From Desulfobacteraceae bacterium (GTDB lineage Bacteria > Desulfobacterota > DSM-4660 > Desulfatiglandales > Desulfatiglandaceae), in assembly GCA_030597505.1 (NCBI GenBank), contig JAUVRS010000001.1, positions 1 to 35,035 of the forward strand: a stretch of DNA of 35,035 bases, written 5' to 3'. How positions within the stretch are numbered: position 1 is the stretch's first letter; every line of letters starts with the position of its first letter. A program made the position numbers and the translations under genes. The notes below the pieces were generated by a model, which was given only the letters and a program-made list of their open reading frames with translations, was not told the origin of the DNA and made no database searches. Shown here one piece after another: positions 1 through 8,297 of this stretch.

Positions 1-737
1 GTAAATCCGGGGACGTGAAACCATTCAAGGCTATCGTCCTCCAAAGGCACGACAATCTCCGCGGAATTAGTCGAATAAAGTGTGGCCAGTTCCTCACCGG
101 GCCTGACGTACTGGCCCAAATCCACATCCTCTTTTTCCACCCTGCCATCAAAGGGCGCTTTTAGCCTGGTCCGATCAAGATTCAAAAGTGCTTTTTTAAG
201 ATCCGCCCTGTCCGCGGCCAACCTGGCCTTTGCTGCAGCCAGCTGCGGCTCCTTTGCTACCAGGGGTGGAGGGGTACTTTCCTTTTCGTCGCCATCATTA
301 TGAAGATTGTACCATTCTTCCTTGGCAGCCTCCGCCTCCTCTTCCGCCAGACGGAGCAGACTCTCTGCATTTTTTACTTTAGACTCTGCCAGGGTCACCG
401 CCAGTTCGTAGTCTTCTGGTTCAATACGCAGAAGGAGAGCCCCTTTTTCAAAATCTCCCCCGTTGATCAAAGAAGGCGAGGTAAAAATCACCTTGCCGTC
501 TACCTGGGGAACCAGATCAATTTCCTTTACCGGTTTTACAGTGCCCTCCCCCTTGATGACAACGGGCAGTGAAGCGGTTCTGACCTCCATGGTCCTCACT
601 CTGGGTAACGGTGCTGCGATTTTTCGTTTTTCAAGCTGGGGCTTGCTTTCGGTCAGTTTGATCATGCCCAGAGCGCCCAGTGCTATCAAACCCAGCGTCA
701 GAACAACCTCAATAATTCTTTTTCTTGTCCTGTTCAT
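1..737 (-). CDS. Efflux RND periplasmic adaptor (membrane fusion protein, HlyD family), 5' part only; runs off the left edge of the window
   Basis: This gene is not in the ORF track because it has no stop inside the window. My manual reverse translation from the ATG at 735-737 gives MNRTRKRIIEVVLTLGLIALGALGMIKL... An N-terminal TM helix is followed by beta-barrel/lipoyl and coiled-coil-like segments (...LVPQVDGKVIF..., ...RTRLKAPFDGRV...), typical of MFP adaptors. It lies 83 bp downstream of the outer-membrane factor gene on the same strand. Confidence 0.8.
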   Translation of the reverse strand, partial: MNRTRKRIIEVVLTLGLIALGALGMIKLTESKPQLEKRKIAAPLPRVRTMEVRTASLPVVIKGEGTVKPVKEIDLVPQVDGKVIFTSPSLINGGDFEKGALLLRIEPEDYELAVTLAESKVKNAESLLRLAEEEAEAAKEEWYNLHNDGDEKESTPPPLVAKEPQLAAAKARLAADRADLKKALLNLDRTRLKAPFDGRVEKEDVDLGQYVRPGEELATLYSTNSAEIVVPLEDDSLEWFHVPGF

Positions 738-820
738 GTCTTCTCGCTCAACCTCAAAATAGTTTAATCCTCAAAGGAGACAGCTCAACCGTTTTGGAAA
801 AACCGGTCAGCGCTAAGAAA

Positions 821-2287
821 TCACCAGATCGTGTAAGACGCTGCTCCCTTGGTCTCCTTTCCGGTTACGGGGGACAGTTTTGCCCAGCCTCCTCCCAGGG
901 ACCGGTGAAGGGCGACGCGGTTGCTGAGGATGGCAAAATCCACAAGCACCAGATCATCTTCGGCCTTGAATCTTGTCTGCTGGGAGTTGAGCACGGTCAA
1001 ATAATCCACCAGGCCCCGGTCGTACCGGGCCTCTGCCACCCGTTGCGTGGCCCGGGATTCCACGAGAAACCTCATGACCTCCTGCCGTCGTTCCAGTTGC
1101 TCCTTTCGGGTCAGGAGCGCCCTTTCCACTTCCGACAGAGCCGCCAGGATCGTCTTTGTGTATTCCGCCACCCCCTGTTTATATCTGGCTTCCGCTGCCC
1201 GTTGCCCGGCCTTCAGTTTGCCCGCATCAAACAGGGGCTGGACTATACCGGCGGCCAGACTCCAGACAATATCCGGGGCAAATAGGCCGCCCAGTTCACT
1301 GCTGGAATAACCGTAATTGCCCGTGAGGCTGATACTCGGGAAACGACTGGCCTTCCGGACCCCCACCTGGGCGTTCAATGCCTTTAACCGGGCCTCCGCA
1401 GCCCGGATATCCGGTCTTCGAAGCAACAATTCACTTGGCAGACCCGGTGGGACCGGTGCAAGCTGTCTGTAATAGTCTTCGGGTTGTGATCTCGGCGGAT
1501 GGGTTTTGGGGTACTGCCCCAGGAGTACTGCCAGGGCCTGCTGGGTGGAACCCAGTTCCTGACGCAGCAAAGGCAGATTGCCCATAGCCTGTGCCAGCGT
1601 GCGGCGGGCCTGTCTCAAATCCAGAACCGAACTGAGCCCCCGTTTGTACCGCCGGTCCACAAACTTGACACTGTCCCTGTAGTTTACAAGGCTTTCCTCG
1701 GTGATCTGAATCCTTCTTTCAAGGGATTCCATCCGAAGGTAAAGGGTTATGGCCTCTGCCACCAGGCTTTGGGCCACCGTCCATCGGGTTTCCTCCTCCC
1801 GTAAAAGTTCCGCCCGTGAAGCCTCTTCCGCCCGTGCCAGCTTACCCCACAGAGCCACCTCAAAAAGTGCGGGCAGCGAAAAATTGTAGCTGTCAACCGT
1901 CCCACCGAATGTGGTTCCAGGCCCGACCGTGGCTGACGGCCCTTTTTGTCGCTTGCCATCTGCCTGAAAGCCGAGAGAAGGAAAGCGATCCGCTCTTGTT
2001 TGAATAACCTGGTACTTTAGCTCAAGGATCCTGGCAGATGCCGCCCGAATGTCCAGGTTGTGTTCTAGAACGCCCTCGACCACCCGGTCCAACTCCGGAT
2101 CACCAAAGTCCTCCCACCAATAGTCCTCGTAATCGGGTTTTTTGATCTTCCCGGGGGCGTGCTGGAAGGCTTCGGGTTCCTTAATTCCCACATCCGGCTT
2201 CTTAAAATCAGGACCGAGCTTGAGGCATCCGCCTTCCAAGAAAGAGACAAACATGACCAGACCGAGAAGGATAAAGAGGCGGTTCAT
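821..2287 (-). CDS. Efflux outer-membrane factor lipoprotein (NodT/OprM family)
   Basis: 488-aa ORF. It has an N-terminal signal peptide ending in ...FLEGGC (lipoprotein-like Cys). Two OEP-type repeats carry the characteristic LDLRQA..., RFPSISLTG and LFDAGK motifs. Its start overlaps the TetR stop (ATGA at 2284-2287). Confidence 0.85.
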   Translation of the reverse strand: MNRLFILLGLVMFVSFLEGGCLKLGPDFKKPDVGIKEPEAFQHAPGKIKKPDYEDYWWEDFGDPELDRVVEGVLEHNLDIRAASARILELKYQVIQTRADRFPSLGFQADGKRQKGPSATVGPGTTFGGTVDSYNFSLPALFEVALWGKLARAEEASRAELLREEETRWTVAQSLVAEAITLYLRMESLERRIQITEESLVNYRDSVKFVDRRYKRGLSSVLDLRQARRTLAQAMGNLPLLRQELGSTQQALAVLLGQYPKTHPPRSQPEDYYRQLAPVPPGLPSELLLRRPDIRAAEARLKALNAQVGVRKASRFPSISLTGNYGYSSSELGGLFAPDIVWSLAAGIVQPLFDAGKLKAGQRAAEARYKQGVAEYTKTILAALSEVERALLTRKEQLERRQEVMRFLVESRATQRVAEARYDRGLVDYLTVLNSQQTRFKAEDDLVLVDFAILSNRVALHRSLGGGWAKLSPVTGKETKGAASYTIW

Positions 2288-2937
2288 CCCACACCCTCCT
2301 CGCTATCCAGTGGCAGTCCTGTAAGTGAAAACTGAACAATATGATCCACCAGCCTGTCCTTAAACGTATCGTCATATTCTTCCCCTGTGACACGCATGAC
2401 CGGCGCCCTGGCAAAATTAAAATATGTCACCATTGAAAAAACCGTGATAATGTTGAGCATAAGACGTTCTTTTTGGATCCCCTCCCTCATAAAGGGACCA
2501 AGCAGCCCAGCCAACTCTCCGAAAAAGGGGACCATCACCTCCTCTACGAGCATGTCGAGCGCAGGACTCGGTCTGATCATTTCCCGTATCATGAGCTGAG
2601 CGTGTCGTACTCGCTCCTCATCCTTAAAAGGTCCCTTCAGAAATGCATTGGCCAGGGCGCGGATGATGTCATTGGGTGTCTTGGCATCCCGGGCTGACGT
2701 GGCGCTTTTAAAAGCTGCCAGAATTTTTAAGGCACGTGGGACCCATCTGGCCTTAAAGATCTCAAGATACAGCTTCTGTTTGTTACCAAAGTGGTAATTC
2801 ACTGCAGCCAGATTGCAGTTGGCCGCATTGGTGATTTCCCGAACGGTTACTGCGTGAAAACCCCTGTCCGCAAACAGGATTTCGGCCTCATCCAGTATCC
2901 GTTCCTTTGAAATTTGATTTTTTGCTGATTTTGCCAT
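2284..2937 (-). CDS. TetR/AcrR-family transcriptional repressor, first gene of the efflux operon
   Basis: The N-terminal HTH ...ILDEAEILFADRGFHAVTVREITNAANCNLAAVNYHFGNKQKLY... is the canonical TetR_N signature. I moved the start to the internal ATG at 2935-2937 (MAKSAKNQ...). A good sigma70-type promoter and a palindromic operator lie inside the longer ORF-track version. Confidence 0.85.
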   Translation of the reverse strand: MAKSAKNQISKERILDEAEILFADRGFHAVTVREITNAANCNLAAVNYHFGNKQKLYLEIFKARWVPRALKILAAFKSATSARDAKTPNDIIRALANAFLKGPFKDEERVRHAQLMIREMIRPSPALDMLVEEVMVPFFGELAGLLGPFMREGIQKERLMLNIITVFSMVTYFNFARAPVMRVTGEEYDDTFKDRLVDHIVQFSLTGLPLDSEEGVG

Positions 2938-2960
2938 CGCATCCATCCCCATGCATGATA

Positions 2961-2991
2961 TTAAAACGATTGTATCAAACAATTGTTTTAA
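2961..2991. promoter_or_regulatory. Candidate TetR operator (inverted repeat, 13-bp arms with one mismatch)
   Basis: TTAAAACGATTGT-ATCAA-ACAATTGTTTTAA, read directly from the sequence. It overlaps the spacer and -10 of the predicted minus-strand tetR promoter. Confidence 0.55.
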
Positions 2992-2997
2992 TATCAA
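2969..2997 (-). promoter_or_regulatory. Predicted sigma70-type promoter of the tetR-efflux operon
   Basis: On the minus strand: TTGATA (2992-2997), a 17-bp spacer, then TACAAT (2969-2974). It sits about 30 bp upstream of the ATG at 2937. Confidence 0.5.
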
Positions 2998-3024
2998 CAC
3001 CATTTTTGCACCTGCCGATCTCAC

Positions 3025-3054
3025 TTGAATCCTTTCGATGCGGTGTGTTATAAA
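3025..3054 (+). promoter_or_regulatory. Possible sigma70-type promoter for the Hgd-like gene pair
   Basis: TTGAAT (3025-3030), an 18-bp spacer, then TG-T-TATAAA (3046-3054, extended -10-like). It lies about 40 bp upstream of the ATG at 3092. Confidence 0.35.
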
Positions 3055-3091
3055 CCCCCATTATCAAACCAGACCTAAGGGGTAAGAAAAC

Positions 3092-4219
3092 ATGTCAACC
3101 GCTTTGGAAAAGATGGCGCACAACGTTCAAAACGCACCGGCCGTCCTAAAAGAGATCAAGACCCGCACATCACGCAATATGATAGGGTTTTTCTTCCCGG
3201 TGGTTCCTGAAGAACTCATATATGCGGCCGGGCTGCATCCCTTTCAGATATATCCCCACTTTCATGAGACAATAACCGAGGCGGACGTCCATCTCCAACC
3301 CTACCTCTGTTCTTATGTTAGAGCGGGTTGGGATCAGATACTAAAGGGCAGGTACCCCTTTCTGGATGGCGTCATCATCCCCCGGACCTGCGAGGCGGTC
3401 ACGTTTCTCTACCAGACATGGAAAAGACACAATCCGTTTCGGTTTATCGACTACCTGAATGTGCCGTGGAAAAAAAGCGCCAATACCATTCAGTTTTTCG
3501 CCAAGGAGTTAAGAAGGGTCAAAAAGAATCTCGAGACATTTACGGGGAAAGAAATTTCACGAGACGCATTAAATGAAACCATAACGCTCTACAACAGCCA
3601 CAGGGCCCTTTTGAAAAAGGCCTATGAGCTGAGAAAGGCCAAGGCACCACCCCTTTCCGGGTTGGCGGCATTGAACATGGTAATGTCAGGATTTATCCTT
3701 GACAAGAGAGAGCACATACAACTCGTGGAGCAGCTTTTGACCGAGATTGTTCAAACACCCCCATTGCCAAAACCGGGTGTCAGGCTCCTGGTCTCGGGGG
3801 GGTGTGTGATTGATACACAGCTATGGGAAATGATCGAGTCGTGCGGTGGGCTCATTGTTGCCGACGATGTCATCAACGGGTCGCGGTCATTTTGGCACGT
3901 TGTTGAAGAGGATAGGGAACCTCTCGAGTCCCTGGCAAGGGCCTATGCCACAATCCCCTGTGCATTTAATACATCCATTGGCGACAGATATGAGTTTATT
4001 TCTGAACTGGTAACCGAATACAAGGTCGACGGCATTATATTTGCCATAAACAAAAACTGTGAGGCCGAGGAGTTCGATTATCCCGAGTTGGATAGAAGAG
4101 TCAGAGAAAGGCTCAAAATACCCACGCTTCTTATCGAGACCGACTACCTGATTAACATGGAACCGTTACGAACAAGGGTCGAGGCATTCATAGAGATCTT
4201 GACACCCGAGGGGGTATAA
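3092..4219 (+). CDS. 2-hydroxyacyl-CoA dehydratase / benzoyl-CoA reductase family subunit (HgdB/BcrC/BadD-like, HGD-D fold)
   Basis: 375 aa. N-terminal ...IGFFFPVVPEELIYAAGLHP... and C-terminal ...VDGIIFAINKNCEAEEFDYPELDRRVRE..IPTLLIETDY... are characteristic of this family. An RBS (AAGGGG) precedes the ATG. Confidence 0.75.
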   Translation: MSTALEKMAHNVQNAPAVLKEIKTRTSRNMIGFFFPVVPEELIYAAGLHPFQIYPHFHETITEADVHLQPYLCSYVRAGWDQILKGRYPFLDGVIIPRTCEAVTFLYQTWKRHNPFRFIDYLNVPWKKSANTIQFFAKELRRVKKNLETFTGKEISRDALNETITLYNSHRALLKKAYELRKAKAPPLSGLAALNMVMSGFILDKREHIQLVEQLLTEIVQTPPLPKPGVRLLVSGGCVIDTQLWEMIESCGGLIVADDVINGSRSFWHVVEEDREPLESLARAYATIPCAFNTSIGDRYEFISELVTEYKVDGIIFAINKNCEAEEFDYPELDRRVRERLKIPTLLIETDYLINMEPLRTRVEAFIEILTPEGV

Positions 4220-4223
4220 GCAA

Positions 4224-5444
4224 ATGGCAGAAAGAAAAAAAAGGGAACGCCCGGCCTTTAACAAAGATGTTGCGGCAGCCATTGGCAGACACTACAAAAA
4301 TGTCCAGACAAATAAACCTGTGGCATATGCCCTTATGTCGTCAAATCCCCTTATTGAGGTGGCCTATGCCGCCGGGATACAGCCCGCATTTCCGGAAAAC
4401 TACGCCTGCGTATGCGCCGCCAGACACGTGTCAAAGGAATACTGCGGAAAGGCGGAGACCCGTGGGTATGCACAGGACCTATGTTCCTATTGTAAAAACA
4501 ACCTGGGTTATCTTTACAGTGCCGACAAAAATCCTCCTATGGGGGGGATCGGGGAGCCGGACCTGCTGCTTATGACCAGCAGCGCCTGCACACACTATTT
4601 CAAATGGTGGGATCTCCTTCACGAAATATACCAAAAGCCGCTTATCTTTGTGAATACCCCCCGGGTGATGGAGCCGGATGCAATACCGGACTATTATGTG
4701 GACTTCGCCCAGAGAGAGATCGAAGAAGCCATTGTGGAGATGGAGAAGATCCTGGGGACTGATATCAGCCATAAAAGGCTGGCGCAGACCGTAAACCAGA
4801 GCGATCAGGTGGTCCAGTACTGGCAGAAGCTCCTGGAGCTCCAAAAAAACGTACCCTCCCCCCTGGGTTTGTCTGACCTTACCAACGCCCTGTTTGTCCT
4901 GATCGTTCTGGCAGGTACCCGGGAAGGGGTAGAACTCATGAAAAAAATCTATCATGAAACCGCGCGGCTTGCGGAGGAAGAAAAGGGTGTTCTAACAAGA
5001 GGGGAAGAAAAACACCGCTTATTATGGTTAAACATCCCCTTCTGGTACAACCTAAAGCTCCTTGGGTACTTTGAGGACAGGGGGTGTGTCTTTCCCATCA
5101 GCGACTACGGCAAATACGTGTGGGGAACCACGAGGATGGATGGTAATCGATCTATTGAGGGCCTGGCGCGAAAGGCCCTGGGGGGTGAACTCAACACAAG
5201 TGTGGATGCACACATGGACAGGATTCTTGAGGACATCAGATCCTATCGTATCGACGGTGTAATAGCCCACTCAAACAAAAGCTGCCGCGTCCTGTCGGTG
5301 GGTGCCCTGGATGTTATAGAAGCAATACGGAAAACGTTAAACATCCCAGTACTTATACTGGATGGAGACCACGCCGATGAACGGGTCTATTCTGAAACCG
5401 AGGTCATGACCCGGATTGACACATTTCTTGATATGTTGGGCTGA
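4224..5444 (+). CDS. 2-hydroxyacyl-CoA dehydratase / benzoyl-CoA reductase family subunit (HgdA/BcrB-like partner)
   Basis: 406 aa. ...PLIEVAYAAGIQPAFPENYACVCAAR... and C-terminal ...IDGVIAHSNKSCRVLSVGALDV...IPVLILDGDHADERVY match the family. It starts 4 nt after the upstream stop, with a GAGGGGG RBS. Confidence 0.75.
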   Translation: MAERKKRERPAFNKDVAAAIGRHYKNVQTNKPVAYALMSSNPLIEVAYAAGIQPAFPENYACVCAARHVSKEYCGKAETRGYAQDLCSYCKNNLGYLYSADKNPPMGGIGEPDLLLMTSSACTHYFKWWDLLHEIYQKPLIFVNTPRVMEPDAIPDYYVDFAQREIEEAIVEMEKILGTDISHKRLAQTVNQSDQVVQYWQKLLELQKNVPSPLGLSDLTNALFVLIVLAGTREGVELMKKIYHETARLAEEEKGVLTRGEEKHRLLWLNIPFWYNLKLLGYFEDRGCVFPISDYGKYVWGTTRMDGNRSIEGLARKALGGELNTSVDAHMDRILEDIRSYRIDGVIAHSNKSCRVLSVGALDVIEAIRKTLNIPVLILDGDHADERVYSETEVMTRIDTFLDMLG

Positions 5445-5474
5445 CACCCCCCATGACACCCCCAGGGAGACGCC

Positions 5475-5492
5475 CGGGTTCCGTGGAACCCG
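5475..5492. terminator. GC-rich hairpin between the convergent hgd-like and dinB genes (possible bidirectional terminator)
   Basis: CGGGTTCC-GT-GGAACCCG is a perfect inverted repeat. There is no clear U-tract on either strand. Confidence 0.3.
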
Positions 5493-5528
5493 TTGACGGT
5501 CGGCCCCGATCCCGGTTGGCAACTCATC

Positions 5529-6698
5529 TTATTTTTTTAGAAGCGTACCCGGACGGACACTGCTGTCTCCGTATTTTTCATACAGGGAATCCAGGGCTAT
5601 GTTCAGGCTTTTTCTCTTTTGAGACGACTCATCCTGGCCAATGAGGGAAAGCTGTTCCCCTGCACCAAGAAAAGTGAGGTGTGATAAGGAGATCCCCAAA
5701 AGCCGCACCGATCTTTTCTCCACCTGTGTTTTTTTGAGGAGACGGCACACGGTCGAGTAAATTTCAAGGCTGTCATCAGTTGAATCAGAGAGAGTTTCAG
5801 CTCTTGTTATTTGCTTGAAATCACTGTATTTCACTTTTAAGGTGACGGTTTTCCCCGTAACTTTTTCTCTTCTCATCCGGCGGGCTGTTTTGTCTGCTAA
5901 GGCAAGGAGTTCCTTCCTGGCAGCCTCCAAATCAAAAATGTCCTTCAAAAAAGTCCGTTCATGACCAACAGATTTGGCTTCATGTTCGGTCACCACCTCT
6001 CTCTCATCCATGCCCATGGATAGTTGATGCATCTTTATACCGAGCTTGCCAAATTTTTGTTCCAAGATCCTGACCGGGGTCTGATTAAGATCTCTGAATG
6101 TCCGGATGTGGAGACGAGCCAGGGCCTCTTGTGTCTTTTTGCCCGCTCCCCACATCTTTTTGACGGGAAGTGGATCCAGGAATTCCCTAACCTTGTCAGA
6201 AGGCACAACGGTTAAACCGTCTGGTTTGTCCATATCAGATGCGATCTTGGCAACAAATTTGTTGGGTGCCAGACCTGCTGAAACCGTCAGCCCGGTCTCT
6301 TCAAAAACCACTCCTTTGATCTTTTTGGCAATCTCACGCGGTTTTCCAAGTAAACGCTCTAAACCTGTAACATCAAGGAAAGCCTCATCTATGGAAAGAG
6401 GTTCAACCAGTGGTGTAAAACAATGGAATATCTCAAATATTTGTCTCGATACGTCCCGGTATCTATTCATTCTGCCCGGCAGAAATAGCCCCTGAGGGCA
6501 AAGGCGTAGAGCTTTTGCAATTGGCTGGGCTGAATGGACACCGAACTTGCGTGCCTCATAAGATGCAGACGACACCACCCCCCTTTCTTTGCCGCCGCCA
6601 ACGATCACCGGTTTACCCATCAGCTCGGGATTATCAAGGACCTCAACTGCAGGATAAAAGGCATCCATATCCAGGTGGATGATTGATCTGTAAATCAT
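5529..6698 (-). CDS. dinB: DNA polymerase IV (Y-family translesion polymerase)
   Basis: MIYRSIIHLDMDAFYPAVEVLDNPELMGKPVIVGGG...RGVVSSASYEARKFGVHSAQP... is canonical DinB. I moved the start to the ATG at 6696-6698. The 51-codon N-terminal extension in the ORF track has no DinB counterpart. The ATG at 6710 is an alternative start. Confidence 0.9.
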   Translation of the reverse strand: MIYRSIIHLDMDAFYPAVEVLDNPELMGKPVIVGGGKERGVVSSASYEARKFGVHSAQPIAKALRLCPQGLFLPGRMNRYRDVSRQIFEIFHCFTPLVEPLSIDEAFLDVTGLERLLGKPREIAKKIKGVVFEETGLTVSAGLAPNKFVAKIASDMDKPDGLTVVPSDKVREFLDPLPVKKMWGAGKKTQEALARLHIRTFRDLNQTPVRILEQKFGKLGIKMHQLSMGMDEREVVTEHEAKSVGHERTFLKDIFDLEAARKELLALADKTARRMRREKVTGKTVTLKVKYSDFKQITRAETLSDSTDDSLEIYSTVCRLLKKTQVEKRSVRLLGISLSHLTFLGAGEQLSLIGQDESSQKRKSLNIALDSLYEKYGDSSVRPGTLLKK

Positions 6699-6894
6699 AT
6701 TTTTTCCCATAAAACACAGATAGTTGTGAGAGATCAAACAAAGTCGATACATAACATACTCGGGCTGGAACATTAAATCAATCTGGATAGAAGAAAACAG
6801 GCGAAAATTTACCATCTCATCTTTTTTCTTGACATTTTTAAGAACTTTCACTTAGAATACCGGATTAAATTTAGGTTTGGCGGTTATTTAGCCG

Positions 6895-6930
6895 GTTCCA
6901 CTTTAAAAAAATATTTTTTCAAAGTGGAAC
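6895..6930. repeat. 36-bp near-perfect palindrome in the dinB/csp divergent intergenic region
   Basis: GTTCCACTTTAAAAAAATATTTTTTCAAAGTGGAAC. It has 10-bp perfect outer arms plus an A/T inner stem, with one mismatched pair. It ends 50 bp upstream of the csp GTG start. Confidence 0.9.
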
Positions 6931-6980
6931 TTAAAGGTCTCGAGAGCGTAATTGAAACATTTTGAAAGGAGATTGGTACT

Positions 6981-7181
6981 GTGGCAGAGGGAACTGTAAA
7001 ATGGTTTAATGAAAGAAAGGGGTATGGTTTTATCGAGCAAGAGGACGGTCCTGATGTATTTGTTCACCATTCAGGAATCAGTGGGACCGGCTTTAAGACT
7101 CTAAATGAAGGCGATCGGGTTACTTTTGATGTTGAAGAAGGGCAAAAGGGTCCTTCTGCAGTAAACGTTATCGTAGCTTAG
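6981..7181 (+). CDS. Cold-shock protein (CspA family, CSD)
   Basis: 66 aa, (M)[32 protein letters not shown]..., with RNP1 (KGYGFI) and RNP2 (VFVHH) motifs. GTG start, preceded by AAAGGAG. Confidence 0.93.
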   Translation: MAEGTVKWFNERKGYGFIEQEDGPDVFVHHSGISGTGFKTLNEGDRVTFDVEEGQKGPSAVNVIVA

Positions 7182-7340
7182 ACCAACTTTTCTTCAAGAG
7201 AAAAGACCATTCTGCCCGTGGCGTGGTGAGAGGGCGGAATGGCCGCTCACGGGTGTTTATCCATCTGTGTCTGACAAAGAAGGCATTCGGTATTTTTTGT
7301 CCTTTTTCAGTCCATATAATAACAATTAAGGAGGAAAGAG

Positions 7341-7613
7341 ATGAACAAAGAAGATCTAGTGGCATTGGTTTCGGAAAAGGCAGATATTACCAAAAAGGCT
7401 GCAGGAGAGGCACTCAGCACCGTCCTGGAGGGAATTTCTTCCACTCTGGGGAACGGGGACCCAATCTCTTTTGTGGGATTTGGGAGTTTTAAAGTAGTTG
7501 CCCGTGCAGCCCGGGAAGGCCGGAACCCAAGCACGGGGGAAAAGATGCACATCAAGGCTTCCAAGTCCGTCAAATTCACCCCGAGCAAGGCCTTAAAGGA
7601 AAGGGTCCAGTAA
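7341..7613 (+). CDS. Nucleoid-associated DNA-binding protein HU
   Basis: 90 aa, MNKEDLVALVSEKADITKKAAGEALSTVLEGISSTL..GDPISFVGFGSFKVVARAAREGRNPSTGE... is the canonical HU/IHF fold signature. A strong RBS (AAGGAGG) is present. Confidence 0.93.
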   Translation: MNKEDLVALVSEKADITKKAAGEALSTVLEGISSTLGNGDPISFVGFGSFKVVARAAREGRNPSTGEKMHIKASKSVKFTPSKALKERVQ

Positions 7614-7855
7614 TCTCTATCTCCGCGACCCGACGAAGGCCCACCGCATAGGCCCGTGTCCCGCCAAAATGGGAAACGGGCAAGCCAACAAAATAATAGA
7701 AATAATAGAGATTGTACTTCATTGCTCTAGGCCAATTACGCCTCAACATAAGGCGGCTCCGGCCGCCGGTCTTGAATTCTGCCCTCACGGCTTACCCTTT
7801 TCCCTCCTGACACCTGGAACGCACACCTTTTTCTGTTTCCTGAAAGAAACTTTAA

Positions 7856-8011
7856 GCGCTGATTGACAGCACTAACTCAGACCCGGTTTGCATAAAGGGA
7901 AAAAGAGTCTGTCCACCCGAGGATTGCGGGGGAATCTGGGGGTATAAGGAACTGGTGAAAATAATGGCCGACCCGGAAACTTTACGTGACGTTTCATATA
8001 AGAACGCTTAG
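7856..8011 (+). pseudogene. Truncated C-terminal fragment of a pRiA4b ORF-3-like (PRiA4_ORF3 family) gene
   Basis: My manual translation of the frame starting at 7856 gives ...DPVCIKGKRVCPPEDCGGIWGYKELVKIMADPETLRDVSYKNA*. The C-PPEDCGG-x-WGY block is the hallmark motif of that family. A stop lies immediately upstream (7853-7855), there is no start codon, and the N-terminal roughly 130 aa are missing. Confidence 0.55.
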
Positions 8012-8297
8012 AAAATTACCACCCCCCCTGTTATCTCCCCTTAACTTATTGAGTAGTTAGTGCCTGAACGGAAAATCCTAGTTTTCGTTCGGACATTAGC
8101 CATATTCAGTTTTCAACAAAACCCTCCTGACACTTGAAACCCTTAATCTTTGAACCCATAACCTCCTAAATTTCCGAAAAATTACAAATATTACAATACT
8201 GTAATGCTGCAGAAAGGTTCTGGTAAGGATGACATGTTACCTTCCAGACCAAAGAGTAGAGGAAAAACAGTTATCACCATCAAACAAAGGAGATACC

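Noticed and set aside
82-762. Three overlapping plus-strand ORFs (82-303, 300-572, 463-762) at the left edge.
   Set aside because: They are antisense shadows of a clearly recognisable minus-strand efflux adaptor (MFP) gene. That gene is absent from the ORF track only because it runs off the window.
4479-4955. Long antisense or out-of-frame ORFs inside well-supported genes. Examples: 4479-4955(-), 8562-9026(-), 9888-10301(-), 11369-11785(-), 15645-16088(-), 16490-16903(-), 18004-18621(-), 18224-18916(-), 23337-23867(+), 28319-28786(-) and 33840-34418(-).
   Set aside because: Each lies entirely opposite or out of frame to a CDS with strong family signatures. They have biased, low-complexity or Ser/Pro/Arg-rich composition, no RBS and no recognisable motifs.
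6699-6851. A 51-codon N-terminal extension of the dinB ORF, and similar upstream extensions on tetR (2938-3024), moxR (8229-8297), DUF58 (9382-9423), batA (11135-11224), batE (16161-16208) and trpS (31617-31661).
   Set aside because: The conserved family N-termini begin at internal ATGs that have better RBSs or start/stop coupling. The extensions overlap upstream genes or predicted promoters.
6700-6860. A search for a LexA/SOS box upstream of dinB.
   Set aside because: I found no convincing match to the E. coli (CTGT-N8-ACAG), Gram-positive (CGAACN4GTTCG) or Geobacter-type (GGTT-N2-C-N4-G-N3-ACC) motifs. I cannot assert SOS control from the sequence.
7669-7866. A 65-aa ORF upstream of the pRiA4-like fragment, as a possible N-terminal part of the same pseudogene.
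   Set aside because: It is in a different frame. It shows no resemblance I can see to the N-terminal PRiA4_ORF3 region, and it has no RBS.
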